Assembly: GCA_963765675.1 (NCBI GenBank)
Contig: CAVXXK010000001.1
Span: 1,600,001-1,664,000, forward strand
DNA: 64,000 nt
From: an uncultured delta proteobacterium
GTDB lineage: Bacteria; Desulfobacterota; Binatia; Binatales; Binataceae
Reading direction: 5' to 3'
Both the position numbers and the translations under genes were made by a program. Below are positions 1 through 9,249 of the stretch, piece after piece. Within the stretch, counting starts at the first letter, position 1; every line of letters starts with the position of its first letter. Under the pieces are notes generated by a model. The model had not been told where the DNA came from, ran no database searches, and worked only from the letters and a program-made list of their open reading frames with translations.

Positions 1-348
1 CCGGGATTTTTGGAATTCATCTTGAGCCTCCTTCAATCTCGCGCGCATCAAGCGCAGCACATCGACTGGAGTATCAGTTCGTTTCTTGACATAGCCGCCG
101 ACCAACACGGCGCGTCGCCCGGGCAGGAATCCATAATATATCCGTACCCGCGTGCCACGGAGTTCAAACAGACCGCCGTCGAGGGATTTCGACCGCGGCG
201 GACGCATCTGGTTTCCCAGAGTGCGAAGGGCTCCGGTCAAAACCGCTGCGTCCTTGATATCCTTCGCGTCGGCGAGGTCGGCAACGAACTCGGCGAAGCT
301 TGATTGGCCTCCGGCCGTCAGGTGCTCGTGGACCGCCCAGTCCGGCAT
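1..348 (-). CDS. RelE/ParE (HigB/Gp49-like) type II toxin, runs off the window edge
   Basis: Missing from the ORF track. My translation from ATG 348 is MPDWAVHEHLTAGGQSSFAEFVADL...PPRSKSLDGGLFELRGTRVRIYYGFLPGRRAVLVGGYVKKRTDTP, which has the GLFELR / RIYY / KK-T-TP pattern of Gp49/HigB toxins. AAGGAGG followed by ATG at 20 (minus) probably starts the overlapping antitoxin. Confidence 0.8.
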   Translation of the reverse strand, partial: MPDWAVHEHLTAGGQSSFAEFVADLADAKDIKDAAVLTGALRTLGNQMRPPRSKSLDGGLFELRGTRVRIYYGFLPGRRAVLVGGYVKKRTDTPVDVLRLMRARLKEAQDEFQKSR

Positions 349-357
349 GCCATGATC

Positions 358-373
358 ATAAGGTATACCTTAT
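358..373. promoter_or_regulatory. Perfect 16-bp palindrome ATAAGGTATACCTTAT, probable TA operator
   Basis: Lies 10 bp upstream of the toxin ATG; AT-rich in a GC-rich background. Confidence 0.6.
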
Positions 374-406
374 TCGATCGCAACCGTCATCATTCCACTG
401 CAGCCG

Positions 407-440
407 CAAAAAAGGCGCCGCGAGGTTGGTCGCGGCGCCT
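407..440 (-). terminator. Rho-independent terminator after ahcY
   Basis: Minus strand AGGCGCCGCGA-ccaacc-TCGCGGCGCCT followed by a T run. Confidence 0.85.
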
Positions 441-469
441 GTCGAGTTAGCTAGTTCGAAATTGGTATT

Positions 470-1795
470 TCAGGTGCCCGATTCCCAGCTCTCCAAATAC
501 TTCTTCTGCTCGGCGGTCAGCGTGTCGATGCGGATTCCCATCGCGGCGAGCTTCACTTCCGCGACGTCCTGCTCGATCTCGAGCGGGACGTTGTGCACCT
601 TGGCCGGAAGCTGCTCGCTGGTCGCGACCCATTCCGAGGCGAGCGCCTGCGTCGCAAAGCTCATGTCCATCACCTGCGCGGGATGGCCCTCGGCGCACGC
701 GAGATTCACCAGCCGCCCTTGTCCGAGAATATAGAGCGTGCGGCCGTTGGAGAGGTGGTATGAGTCGACGTTCTTGTTGACGTCGTGTTCGATCGACTTG
801 GCCGCGTCGGTCAGATAAGCCATGTCGATCTCGACGTCGAAGTGGCCCGAGTTGCACAGAATCGCGCCGTCTTTCATCGCGGTGAAATGCTGCGCGGCGA
901 GCACGTGCTTGTCGCCGGTGGCGGTCACGAAGATATCGCCGACCTTGGCCGCGTCGATCATCTTCATTACCCGGAACCCGTCCATCGCGGCTTCGATCGC
1001 GCGAATCGGATCGACTTCGGTCACGATCACGTCGGCGCCAAGCCCGCGCGCGCGAGAGGCGATCCCGCGCCCGCAGTAGCCGTAGCCGCCGACCACGACG
1101 ACCGAGCCCGCGATCAGCACGCCGCTGGCGCGGATGATTCCGTCGAGCGTCGATTGCCCGGTCCCGTAGCGGTTGTCGAACAGATGCTTGGTCTGCGCGT
1201 CGTTGACCGCGACGACCGGAATCTTGAGCGCGTGATCTTTTTCCATCGCGCGCAGCCGGATTACGCCGGTGGTGGTCTCCTCCATGCTGGCGAAGACTTC
1301 CTCGGCGCTGTCTTTGTATTCGGTGTGAAGCAGGCTCACCAGATCCGCGCCGTCATCCATCGTGATGGTTGGTCTGCGATCGAGCACCGCGCGCAGATGG
1401 CTGTAATACGTATCGCGATCTTCGTCGTGAATCGCGTAGGTCGGGATGCCGAATTCGGCGACCAGCGCCGCGGCGACGTCGTCTTGGGTCGAGAGCGGAT
1501 TCGACGCGCAGCAGAAAACTTCGGCGCCTCCCGCCTTGAGCGCGCGGAGCAGGTTGGCGGTTTCGCAGGTGATATGCAGGCACGCGCCCATCCTCTGTCC
1601 CTTGAGCGGCTGTTCTTTGGAGAACCGCTCGCGGATACGCCGCAGCACCGGCATCTGGCGGTCGGCCCACTCGATGCGTTTTTTTCCGGCCGCGGCCAGT
1701 CCCAGGTCGCGCACGTCGTGATCGCCCGCGCCGGAATTGGCGCGTGTCTTTTGCGCGGCCTTGGGCATAACTTTACGCTTGGCGATTGATCCCAT
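470..1795 (-). CDS. ahcY: Adenosylhomocysteinase
   Basis: SNPLSTQD, EETTTG, KHLFDNRYGTGQS, GYGYCGRG and GRLVNL..AEGHP motifs; exact start uncertain. Confidence 0.97.
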   Translation of the reverse strand: MGSIAKRKVMPKAAQKTRANSGAGDHDVRDLGLAAAGKKRIEWADRQMPVLRRIRERFSKEQPLKGQRMGACLHITCETANLLRALKAGGAEVFCCASNPLSTQDDVAAALVAEFGIPTYAIHDEDRDTYYSHLRAVLDRRPTITMDDGADLVSLLHTEYKDSAEEVFASMEETTTGVIRLRAMEKDHALKIPVVAVNDAQTKHLFDNRYGTGQSTLDGIIRASGVLIAGSVVVVGGYGYCGRGIASRARGLGADVIVTEVDPIRAIEAAMDGFRVMKMIDAAKVGDIFVTATGDKHVLAAQHFTAMKDGAILCNSGHFDVEIDMAYLTDAAKSIEHDVNKNVDSYHLSNGRTLYILGQGRLVNLACAEGHPAQVMDMSFATQALASEWVATSEQLPAKVHNVPLEIEQDVAEVKLAAMGIRIDTLTAEQKKYLESWESGT

Positions 1796-1840
1796 CGTGA
1801 TTGTGTCCTTTATGCGGGGTGAAGACTTGAATCGATCCGT

Positions 1841-3025
1841 TTAGCGCTTCGCGACTCCAAACGCACTGTGCAGACGCTCGGCCATGTCGATACGCTCCCA
1901 CGGGAAAAGTCCGTCGTGAGGTTTGCGGCCGAAATGGCCGTAGGCGGCGGTCGCCTGGTAAATCGGACGCTTCAGAGTGAGCGTGCGGATAATTCCCGCC
2001 GGGCGGAAATCGAACAGCTCGCGCAGCGTTGACGAGAGCTTCGCATCCGGCACCACGCCGGTATCGAACGTGTCGATCAGAATCGAAACCGGTTCCGCGA
2101 CGCCGATCGCGTAAGCGACCTGGATTTCGCACTTTTTCGCGAGGCCCGCGGCGACCACATTCTTCGCCACGTAGCGCGCGAAGTAGCATGCCGAGCGATC
2201 GACCTTGCTCGGATCCTTGCCCGAGAACGCGCCGCCGCCGTGGCGTCCGTAGCCGCCGTAAGTATCGACGATAATCTTGCGCCCGGTCAGCCCGCAGTCG
2301 CCGTGCGGTCCTCCGATCACGAAGCTGCCAGTAGGGTTGACGTGATACACCGTCTGCTTGGTCAGATATTCAGCCGGAATAGTCTGCTTGATCAGTTCTT
2401 CGATTACGGTTTCGCGGATGGTTTCGTACTTGACCTCCGGTGAATGCTGGGTCGAGATTACCACCGCCGTGATCTCGACCGGGCGGCCGTCAACGTAGCG
2501 CACCGTGACCTGGCTCTTCGCGTCGGGACGCAGCCAGTTGACGCGCCGGTCCTTGCGCATCTTCGCCAGGTTCTCCATCAAGTGATGCGCCATCGCGATC
2601 GGCATCGGCATCAGCTCGGGCGTCTCGTCGCACGCGAATCCGAACATCAACCCCTGGTCGCCGGCGCCCTGTTCCTTGTGCAGTCCTTCGCCTTCAGTCA
2701 CGCCCTGCGAGATGTCGGTCGATTGCGGCTCGATCGCCATCATTACCGCGCAGGTCTTGCCGTCGAAACCCGACTCGACGCTGTCGTAGCCGATCTCCAG
2801 CGCGACCTTGCGCGCGATACTCACAAAGTCTGGATGCGCATGGCTGGTGATTTCGCCGGCCAAAACGATAAGCCCGGTCTTGGCCAGGGTTTCGAGCGCG
2901 ACCCGCGAATTCGGATCGTCGGCGATGAGCGAGTCGAGCACTGCGTCCGAGATTTGATCGCACATCTTGTCGGGATGGCCCTCGGAGACTGATTCGGACG
3001 TGAACAGGTAATCCTTAAGCGGCAT
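1841..3025 (-). CDS. metK: S-adenosylmethionine synthetase
   Basis: [19 protein letters not shown] and GGGAFSGKD motifs; AAGGAG SD before ATG 3025. Confidence 0.98.
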   Translation of the reverse strand: MPLKDYLFTSESVSEGHPDKMCDQISDAVLDSLIADDPNSRVALETLAKTGLIVLAGEITSHAHPDFVSIARKVALEIGYDSVESGFDGKTCAVMMAIEPQSTDISQGVTEGEGLHKEQGAGDQGLMFGFACDETPELMPMPIAMAHHLMENLAKMRKDRRVNWLRPDAKSQVTVRYVDGRPVEITAVVISTQHSPEVKYETIRETVIEELIKQTIPAEYLTKQTVYHVNPTGSFVIGGPHGDCGLTGRKIIVDTYGGYGRHGGGAFSGKDPSKVDRSACYFARYVAKNVVAAGLAKKCEIQVAYAIGVAEPVSILIDTFDTGVVPDAKLSSTLRELFDFRPAGIIRTLTLKRPIYQATAAYGHFGRKPHDGLFPWERIDMAERLHSAFGVAKR

Positions 3026-3268
3026 GCGCGATGGCTCCTTGAGACCGGACTTGACCGGCATTTATCTCCGGATTGGATCCGGCGACGGGACGCGGAAGCG
3101 AAGATTCAAAATCGTCTGAAGTGCGATTGCGGGCCGCTCGATCGCACCCGTGAAGGCGTCTTAGTCCGGTAGGGTTGCGAGCAACCCGGATTGCATAGTT
3201 TTCGAAGATATAACCGACGCATGGTAGCGGATCAAGGCAGCGGTTTGGAGCGATTTGAGCCAGCGGCA

Positions 3269-3550
3269 TCATTCCTCGCCAAAACGCTCTTCAAACAACG
3301 TTTCGATCGTTTTGATCGCCTCGCGTGCATCTTCGCCCTCGGCATGCAGCTTGAGCTTCACGCCCAGCTCCGCCCCCAGCATCATCAGGCTGGTGACGCT
3401 CTTGACGTTCACCTGATCTTTTCCGCGGCCGATCGTGATGCGCGCCTTGAACTTGCCCGCCGCCTGCGCCAGCGTCGACGCGGCCCGCAGATGCAATCCG
3501 AGTTGGTTCTTGATTTCGACTGTCGCCTCCACCGCATTCACGCGATCCAA
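3269..3550 (-). CDS. ptsH: HPr phosphocarrier protein
   Basis: IKNQLGLHLRAA (His15) and NVKSVTSLMMLGA (Ser46) motifs. Confidence 0.92.
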   Translation of the reverse strand: MDRVNAVEATVEIKNQLGLHLRAASTLAQAAGKFKARITIGRGKDQVNVKSVTSLMMLGAELGVKLKLHAEGEDAREAIKTIETLFEERFGEE

Positions 3551-3592
3551 GATACGGGGAAGCAGCGCGCAGGTAAACGAAGACGCTCCGCG

Positions 3593-4603
3593 TCAGTCGC
3601 GCGGTTCAGCGGAGATCTCCTTGCTGAACAGCTCCCGCAGACGGGTTTCGATCGCGCGGTCGCGGATACTGCCTTCGCGTTTGGCCCACGCGCGCAAGGG
3701 GATGACGGCTTTGGCCATGTTGCGATGTCCCCCGGCGCTGCCGATATCGCCGAACAGGTTCTTGGCAGCTTCACCGGCGTTGTCGCGTCCGGTCCCATAG
3801 CTGCGCACCGCGATAACCAGGTCGCGGCCGAGCTTGCCGGCGATCGCGACCCATTCCACGCCCTCGAACTGCAGGCAGAAATCCGCCGTCTGCACGATCA
3901 TGTCGTCACGCTCGACCCGGCCCAGGCAGGCCGCGATCAAGCGATCGCGAAACTCAATTCGCCCCATCACGCGCGCGACCACTTTTGCAAAGCTCTGAGG
4001 AATTTCGGGCCGGTCGATCTGCCGGAGCATGTTCAGGTTGGCGATAGGATACAGATGCACCAGCGCCTGCAGCACGTCGTCTGTCACCCGGCGCGACAGC
4101 GCGAGCGAATCGGTCCGGATGCCGTAGAGCAGGGCGGTCGCGAGTCGCTCGCTGATCTTCTCGCCGTCGGCCACCATGTATTCCGTCATTATCGAGGCGG
4201 TTGCGCCGTATTTGACCCGCACGTCCTCAAACGGTGCGCTGCCGGGGGTGTAACCGGGATGATGATCGATCACGATATCCGCGCGCGGCAGCTTGCCCTC
4301 GAAGTAGGCGGGCTGCACGTCGACCATCGCGATTTTGTCGAACACCGCGAGCGCCTCGGTGGTGGCCGGCATGATCGAGATTTCGAGCAGATGCACCATC
4401 GTGCGGTTCTCCGGCCTGGTCACCGGCTTGAAGCTGAAAAACGGCGTGGTCTGGCGATTGCGCCCCAAAAGCGTCCGCAGCGCCATCGCACTCGACATCG
4501 CGTCGGGGTCCGGATCGTCTTGCAATACAATCGCAATCCGATCGCCCTCGCCGACTATCGCGCGCAATTCGCGGAGTTTTTGCTTAGTGTCAGGTTGATC
4601 CAT
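3593..4603 (-). CDS. DHH family phosphoesterase (NrnA-like)
   Basis: DPDPDA, VD, IDHH, GIRTDS and AGGH motifs. Confidence 0.9.
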   Translation of the reverse strand: MDQPDTKQKLRELRAIVGEGDRIAIVLQDDPDPDAMSSAMALRTLLGRNRQTTPFFSFKPVTRPENRTMVHLLEISIMPATTEALAVFDKIAMVDVQPAYFEGKLPRADIVIDHHPGYTPGSAPFEDVRVKYGATASIMTEYMVADGEKISERLATALLYGIRTDSLALSRRVTDDVLQALVHLYPIANLNMLRQIDRPEIPQSFAKVVARVMGRIEFRDRLIAACLGRVERDDMIVQTADFCLQFEGVEWVAIAGKLGRDLVIAVRSYGTGRDNAGEAAKNLFGDIGSAGGHRNMAKAVIPLRAWAKREGSIRDRAIETRLRELFSKEISAEPRD

Positions 4604-4774
4604 ATACGAACGCTTGGCGGATGCTCCGCAAGCTTGTGCTTACCTCGGGTTGAACGATCCGTTGAAACAGAAGGCGCGCCTGGCGCCGATAGATGTGCCC
4701 GCCGGGGGCTGCATGAGCTTTCGGGGATACCACAGCCTCGCGCGACGAATCAATGCTATAGATTAAACACCCCC

Positions 4775-5035
4775 ATGGAGACGCCACCAGAATCATCGTC
4801 GAAAAAAGCAACCGCGCTCGAACCGTGCCTCCTGTGCCGCAGACCCGCGCAGGAGTGGCTCTTGCGTATCGCGATCGAGGATACGGGCGGCCTCAAGCAG
4901 GAGGGCTTTATCTGCGCCAACTGCGCGGTTAAGCTCAGGCTCGCCTCTGAAAAAAATCGCGACCTGCAAATCGACCCATGGATTCACGACGCGATCGCGC
5001 ACATCCTGCGCGGTGTGCAGAGCGAGCAATCCTGA
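4775..5035 (+). CDS. Small hypothetical protein with two CxxC pairs
   Basis: 86 aa (METPPES...CLLC...CANC). Fills the gap immediately upstream of lysS on the same strand. Confidence 0.55.
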   Translation: METPPESSSKKATALEPCLLCRRPAQEWLLRIAIEDTGGLKQEGFICANCAVKLRLASEKNRDLQIDPWIHDAIAHILRGVQSEQS

Positions 5036-5062
5036 ACGAACCTTCTCGAAGGAATACGATCG

Positions 5063-6682
5063 ATGGCGTCTGGCCCGGAACAATCTCACCAGAATTCTCC
5101 GCAAAGTAGCGACCTGTGGCCGCATGAGGAAGCCGCGCGCGTAGCCGACCGCGTCCGCGCCTATCCGCCAGGGCGTCCGGTCATTTTCCAGAGCGGATTC
5201 GGACCCTCGGGCCTGCCGCATCTGGGCACGATGTGCGAAGTGTTGCGCCCCTCTTACGTGCGACACGCACTTGCGATGCGCGAGCCGAATCGCCCGTCGC
5301 GCCTGATCGTTTTCATCGACGACATGGACGGCTTGCGCAAGGTTCCCGAGAACGTGCCCAATCGCGAGCTGATGCAGTCGCATCTGGGCGAGCCTGTCTC
5401 GCGGATTCCGGATCCTTTCGGATGCTGCCAGAGCTTCGCCGATCACATGCTCGGACTTCTACGCGAATTTCTCGCTCCGGTCGAAGTCGATTACGAGTTG
5501 GTGCGCTCCTCCGAGATGTATAGCGGCGGCAGCTTCGATGAGGGACTGAAGATTATTCTCGCGAAGCATCGCGAGATAATCGCGATCGTCACGCCGACGC
5601 TACGTCCGGAAAATCGCGCGGGATGGTCTCCGATCATGCCGCTATGCCCGAATTGCGGGCAGATCGTCGAGCGTTCGGTGACCGCGTATCATCCCGAGCG
5701 CAACACGATCGAGTTCATCTGCGAGCGCAGCGCCAAGGCGAAGCAGGGATGCGGCTTCACCGGCGAGCAGAGCGTGCTCGGTGGCCTCGCTAAAGCGCAG
5801 TGGAAGGTCGATTGGGCGCTCAGGTGGTTCACGCTCAAGGTCGATTACGAGCTTTACGGAAAGGACCTGACCCCCTCGGCGCAACTGTCGGCGCCGATCG
5901 TTCGTATCATGGGCGGCAATCCGCCGCTCGGCTTTCCATTCGAGATGTTCCTCGACGAGCAGGGGCACAAGGTCTCGAAATCGGTCGGCCGTGGGGTCAG
6001 CGTCGATCAATGGCAGCGCTACGCGCCGGTGGAAGTGCTGAAATTTTTTCTGCTGCAGAATCCTCGGCGCGCGCGGAAGCTTTTCCTCGAATCGATTCCA
6101 CAATACGTCGACGACTATCTCGAGGCACTGCGCGAATACGCCGCCGCACCCAATTCGGAATCACGTGCCGACTCGCCGCTCGAGTTCGTGCTGCAGAAGG
6201 AGAGCCCGCGCCGCTTCGACTCGCAGCTTTCGTTCGGGATGATGATGAACCTGGTCGGCGCGCTCGGCAGCTCGGACCGCGACTTTATCTGGAACTACCT
6301 GAAAGGCTATGACGCGGCGATAGCAGGCGATCCTGAAACCGCCGCGATGGGCCGCGCGCTGATGGATTGCGCGCTCAACTTCTATCGCGACTTTGTCGAG
6401 CCCGGCAAAACGCCTTACGCTCCCAGTGTCGCCGAAACCGGCCAGCTACAGAGCCTCGCAGATTTCCTGCGCGCGAACCCCGGCGCCGCCGCCGAGGAGA
6501 TCGAGAAAATCATCTATGATCTTGGCCGCGCAAATTACGAGAAGCCCGGCAAAATTTTTCCGCTGATGTATCGCGCGATCCTGGGTCAGGAGCGCGGCCC
6601 GCGATTGGGCGCCTTCATCCGCCTGGCCACTCCCGCACGAATAATCCAGCTCCTGGAATCCGCAATCACCCGCGCCACCTGA
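5063..6682 (+). CDS. lysS: Class I lysyl-tRNA synthetase
   Basis: GPSGLPHLG (HIGH-like), DDMDGLRKVP, KAQWKVDW, KVSKS (KMSKS-like) and ERGPRLG motifs. Confidence 0.93.
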   Translation: MASGPEQSHQNSPQSSDLWPHEEAARVADRVRAYPPGRPVIFQSGFGPSGLPHLGTMCEVLRPSYVRHALAMREPNRPSRLIVFIDDMDGLRKVPENVPNRELMQSHLGEPVSRIPDPFGCCQSFADHMLGLLREFLAPVEVDYELVRSSEMYSGGSFDEGLKIILAKHREIIAIVTPTLRPENRAGWSPIMPLCPNCGQIVERSVTAYHPERNTIEFICERSAKAKQGCGFTGEQSVLGGLAKAQWKVDWALRWFTLKVDYELYGKDLTPSAQLSAPIVRIMGGNPPLGFPFEMFLDEQGHKVSKSVGRGVSVDQWQRYAPVEVLKFFLLQNPRRARKLFLESIPQYVDDYLEALREYAAAPNSESRADSPLEFVLQKESPRRFDSQLSFGMMMNLVGALGSSDRDFIWNYLKGYDAAIAGDPETAAMGRALMDCALNFYRDFVEPGKTPYAPSVAETGQLQSLADFLRANPGAAAEEIEKIIYDLGRANYEKPGKIFPLMYRAILGQERGPRLGAFIRLATPARIIQLLESAITRAT

Positions 6683-6707
6683 TCTCTTCGATCCGAGCCG
6701 CCGGATG

Positions 6708-7241
6708 GTCCCTCTCCCAACAAGATTGGGAGAGGGTGGCGCGCGTTGCGCGCGACGGGTGAGGGACCTACAGCAAGGATTCTTTGATCCTTTCGAGCGC
6801 TGCCGTCATGTCGCGCAGCAAGTCGGGGTTCCAAAAGCGGATCACGCGGAAGCCCTGAGCTTCCAGATAGCGCGTGCGTTCGGAATCGTGTTCGGTCTGT
6901 TCCAGATGCTGGCCGCCGTCCAGTTCGACGATCAGTCTGCGCTCAAGACAGCAGAAATCGGCAATGAACGGTCCGATCGGAACCTGCCGGCGAAACTTGA
7001 AGCCGGCACAGCGGCGGCCGCGGAGCTTGTTCCAAAGCGCCTGTTCGGCGTCGGTTTGGGTGCGGCGCAGAGATCTCGCGCGGTCGCGAGTCAGTTCCGG
7101 AGGTCGGTTCATACAAGCGGAGATCATCGCAGCGAGAGCGTCCGGATTTCAATGCTGTAGGTCCCTCACCCGCGCGTCACGGCGATTGCCAAAAAAGAGC
7201 AATCGCCGCGCCGCCCTCTCCCAAACGATAGGGAGAGGGAC
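6708..7241. mobile_element. Putative DUF559 element, intact copy
   Basis: Outer 11-bp IR GTCCCTCTCCC/GGGAGAGGGAC. Inner perfect 20-bp IR at 6756-6775 and 7153-7172. Each end also forms its own hairpin. The element encloses only the DUF559 gene. Confidence 0.7.
6768..7112 (-). CDS. DUF559 / Vsr-like endonuclease
   Basis: RARSLRR.QTDAE..LW, FRRQVPIGPFIADF, IVELDGGQH and GFRVIRFWN motifs. Confidence 0.92.
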   Translation of the reverse strand: MNRPPELTRDRARSLRRTQTDAEQALWNKLRGRRCAGFKFRRQVPIGPFIADFCCLERRLIVELDGGQHLEQTEHDSERTRYLEAQGFRVIRFWNPDLLRDMTAALERIKESLL

Positions 7242-7375
7242 AATCACGGAGAACACGCGCGCAGCTTGGCAACCGTTCCAATTATTTCCGCTCTTCTGTG
7301 TTTCCTCTTACCCTGCTAGACAGATAGCTCGGAACCTACACATTAACCCTGCAACAACCGAGCGAGAAATCAACA

Positions 7376-7480
7376 ATGGCAAGCGAACGGCAACGAAGTA
7401 TCAAGCGGCGGCGCAAGCGCAAAGAGACACGACTCAAGGCCAAGATTCGCGAGTCGCGCAAGAAAAAGAAGAAGCGTTAG
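7376..7480 (+). CDS. 34-aa highly basic small protein
   Basis: MASERQRSIKRRRKRKETRLKAKIRESRKKKKKR, with 20 of 34 residues K or R. Below the ORF-track cutoff. Confidence 0.6.
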   Translation: MASERQRSIKRRRKRKETRLKAKIRESRKKKKKR

Positions 7481-7554
7481 CGCCGCGATCTTGCATTCGC
7501 ACCCGCGGCGCCGAGCCGAGGTGCGCGCGGAATTTCTGCACAGGAGTTTTTACG

Positions 7555-8376
7555 ATGGCATACGAGACCCTGCTCTATGAGACGAGCGGCGAGATTGCGA
7601 CGATCACGCTTAATCGTCCCGCCCGGATGAACGCCTACACCACCGAAATGGGCATCGAGATCGCCGACGCGATGCTGCGTGCCGACGCTGACCCGGCGGC
7701 GCGCGTGATTATCATGACCGGCGCCGGCAATCGCGCGTTCTGCGCGGGTGCGGACATGGCGATGTTCGCGTCCAACATCAAATCGCGCGAGGGCACCAAG
7801 TCCCAAGATTCCGAAGACGGCGGAGAGCGCCGGCGCGGCGCGATCTCCCTGCCGATGATCATGCGCGGGCTCAGCAAGCCGACTATTGCGGCCATCAACG
7901 GCTACGCGCTTGGCGTGGGATGCACCATACCGCTGCTGTTTGACGTCCGCGTCGCTTCCGACAACGCCAAGATGGGCGTGATCTTTCCGCGCGTCGGCCT
8001 GATGAGCGAGCTCGGCTCGAGCTACCTGATGCCGCGCCTGATCGGACTCGCGCGTACTGCCGAGATGATGCTGACCGGACGCCAATACAGCGCCGAGCAA
8101 TGCCTCGCGATGGGTCTGGTGAGCCAGGTGTTTCCCGCGGCCGAGCTGATGCCGAAAGCGCGCGAACTCGCGGGCGAGATGCTCGACTGTTCACCGTTGT
8201 CGCTCGCGATGACGCGCCGTGCGCTCTACCAGGGACTCGACGGCACGCTCGAAACCGCGATGCAGTTCGAGGGCTTCGCGCTCGAGAAATGTTACGTATC
8301 GCCCGAGCACAAGGAATACGTGAGTGCCTTCATGGAAAAACGCAAGCCCGACTTCCGCAAGATCAAACACGGCTAG
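7555..8376 (+). CDS. Enoyl-CoA hydratase/isomerase
   Basis: ITLNRP..MNA, AFCAGADM and KPTIAAINGYALGVG motifs; AGGAG SD. Confidence 0.92.
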   Translation: MAYETLLYETSGEIATITLNRPARMNAYTTEMGIEIADAMLRADADPAARVIIMTGAGNRAFCAGADMAMFASNIKSREGTKSQDSEDGGERRRGAISLPMIMRGLSKPTIAAINGYALGVGCTIPLLFDVRVASDNAKMGVIFPRVGLMSELGSSYLMPRLIGLARTAEMMLTGRQYSAEQCLAMGLVSQVFPAAELMPKARELAGEMLDCSPLSLAMTRRALYQGLDGTLETAMQFEGFALEKCYVSPEHKEYVSAFMEKRKPDFRKIKHG

Positions 8377-8526
8377 CGCGGGACGATGTGACGGCTTGAT
8401 TTAGGAGGTGCCCGGCGCTAAATTTGAATTTATTAGTTAGTTAGTCTCATAAATCACAAATAGCCGCGGAACGCCCGATTGCGACTGGCCCGCGCGGTGA
8501 AAAAAGCAAAGGAAGGTGTGACACAA

Positions 8527-9168
8527 ATGGCACTTCATCTCGGCAGCGAAGCTCCGGATTTCACTCAGGAATCCACCGAAGGACCGATCAAGTTTCATCA
8601 GTGGATTGGTAACCATTGGGCCGTTCTATTCTCTCATCCTGCGGATTTTACCCCGGTCTGCACGACCGAGCTCGGACGCGTCGCCGCACTCAAACCGGAG
8701 TTCGAGAAGCGCGACTGCAAGGTGCTGGCGGTGAGCGTCGATGGTGTGCCGTCGCACAAGGGATGGATCGGCGATATCGAGGACACGCAGAAGGTCAAGA
8801 TGAACTTCCCGATCCTCGCCGATCCCGATAAGAAGGTTGCGACGCTCTACGACATGATTCATCCCGAGTGGAACCACACGGCTACGGTCCGCTCAGTTTT
8901 CGTGATCGACAACAACAAGAAGATCCGCTTGGTTCTGACTTATCCAGCGAGCACCGGGCGCAACTTCGACGAGATTCTGCGCGCGATCGATTCGTTGCAG
9001 CTCACGGACAAGTACTCAGTCGCCACGCCGGTTGATTGGAAGCATGGCGAGGACGTGGTTATCGCACCGTCGATAAAGGATCCTGCCGTACTCAAGGAAA
9101 AGTTTCCGAAGGGCTACAAGGAGCTGCGGCCCTATCTGCGCCTGACGCCCGATCCTTCCAAAAAGTAA
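8527..9168 (+). CDS. 1-Cys peroxiredoxin (Prx6)
   Basis: FSHPADFTPVCTTELG and YPASTGRNFDEILR motifs. Confidence 0.96.
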   Translation: MALHLGSEAPDFTQESTEGPIKFHQWIGNHWAVLFSHPADFTPVCTTELGRVAALKPEFEKRDCKVLAVSVDGVPSHKGWIGDIEDTQKVKMNFPILADPDKKVATLYDMIHPEWNHTATVRSVFVIDNNKKIRLVLTYPASTGRNFDEILRAIDSLQLTDKYSVATPVDWKHGEDVVIAPSIKDPAVLKEKFPKGYKELRPYLRLTPDPSKK

Positions 9169-9193
9169 GCGCGATCGCGTAGCGCACAAAAGT

Positions 9194-9228
9194 AAAACCC
9201 GGCTCGAATCGTTCGAGCCGGGTTTTTT
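9194..9228. terminator. Bidirectional intrinsic terminator
   Basis: AAAACCCGGCTCGAA-tcg-TTCGAGCCGGGTTTTTT between convergent genes. Confidence 0.88.
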
Positions 9229-9249
9229 CGTCGTGAAATTTGCGTGGTG

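Noticed and set aside
10-303. Plus-strand 97-aa ORF
   Set aside because: Antisense shadow of the minus-strand toxin gene.
3030-3225. SAM-I/II riboswitch call upstream of metK
   Set aside because: The consensus blocks are absent; kept only as an unassigned structured leader.
3191-4774. 614-aa plus-strand ORF
   Set aside because: Shadow of ptsH and the DHH gene; only the last 86 codons are plausible.
6874-7554. Long N-terminal extension of enoyl-CoA hydratase
   Set aside because: It crosses DUF559 and the repeats; an SD-led ATG lies at 7555.
8397-8465. PerR/Fur box upstream of the peroxiredoxin
   Set aside because: AT-rich (TTAG x3) but no convincing match to a consensus.
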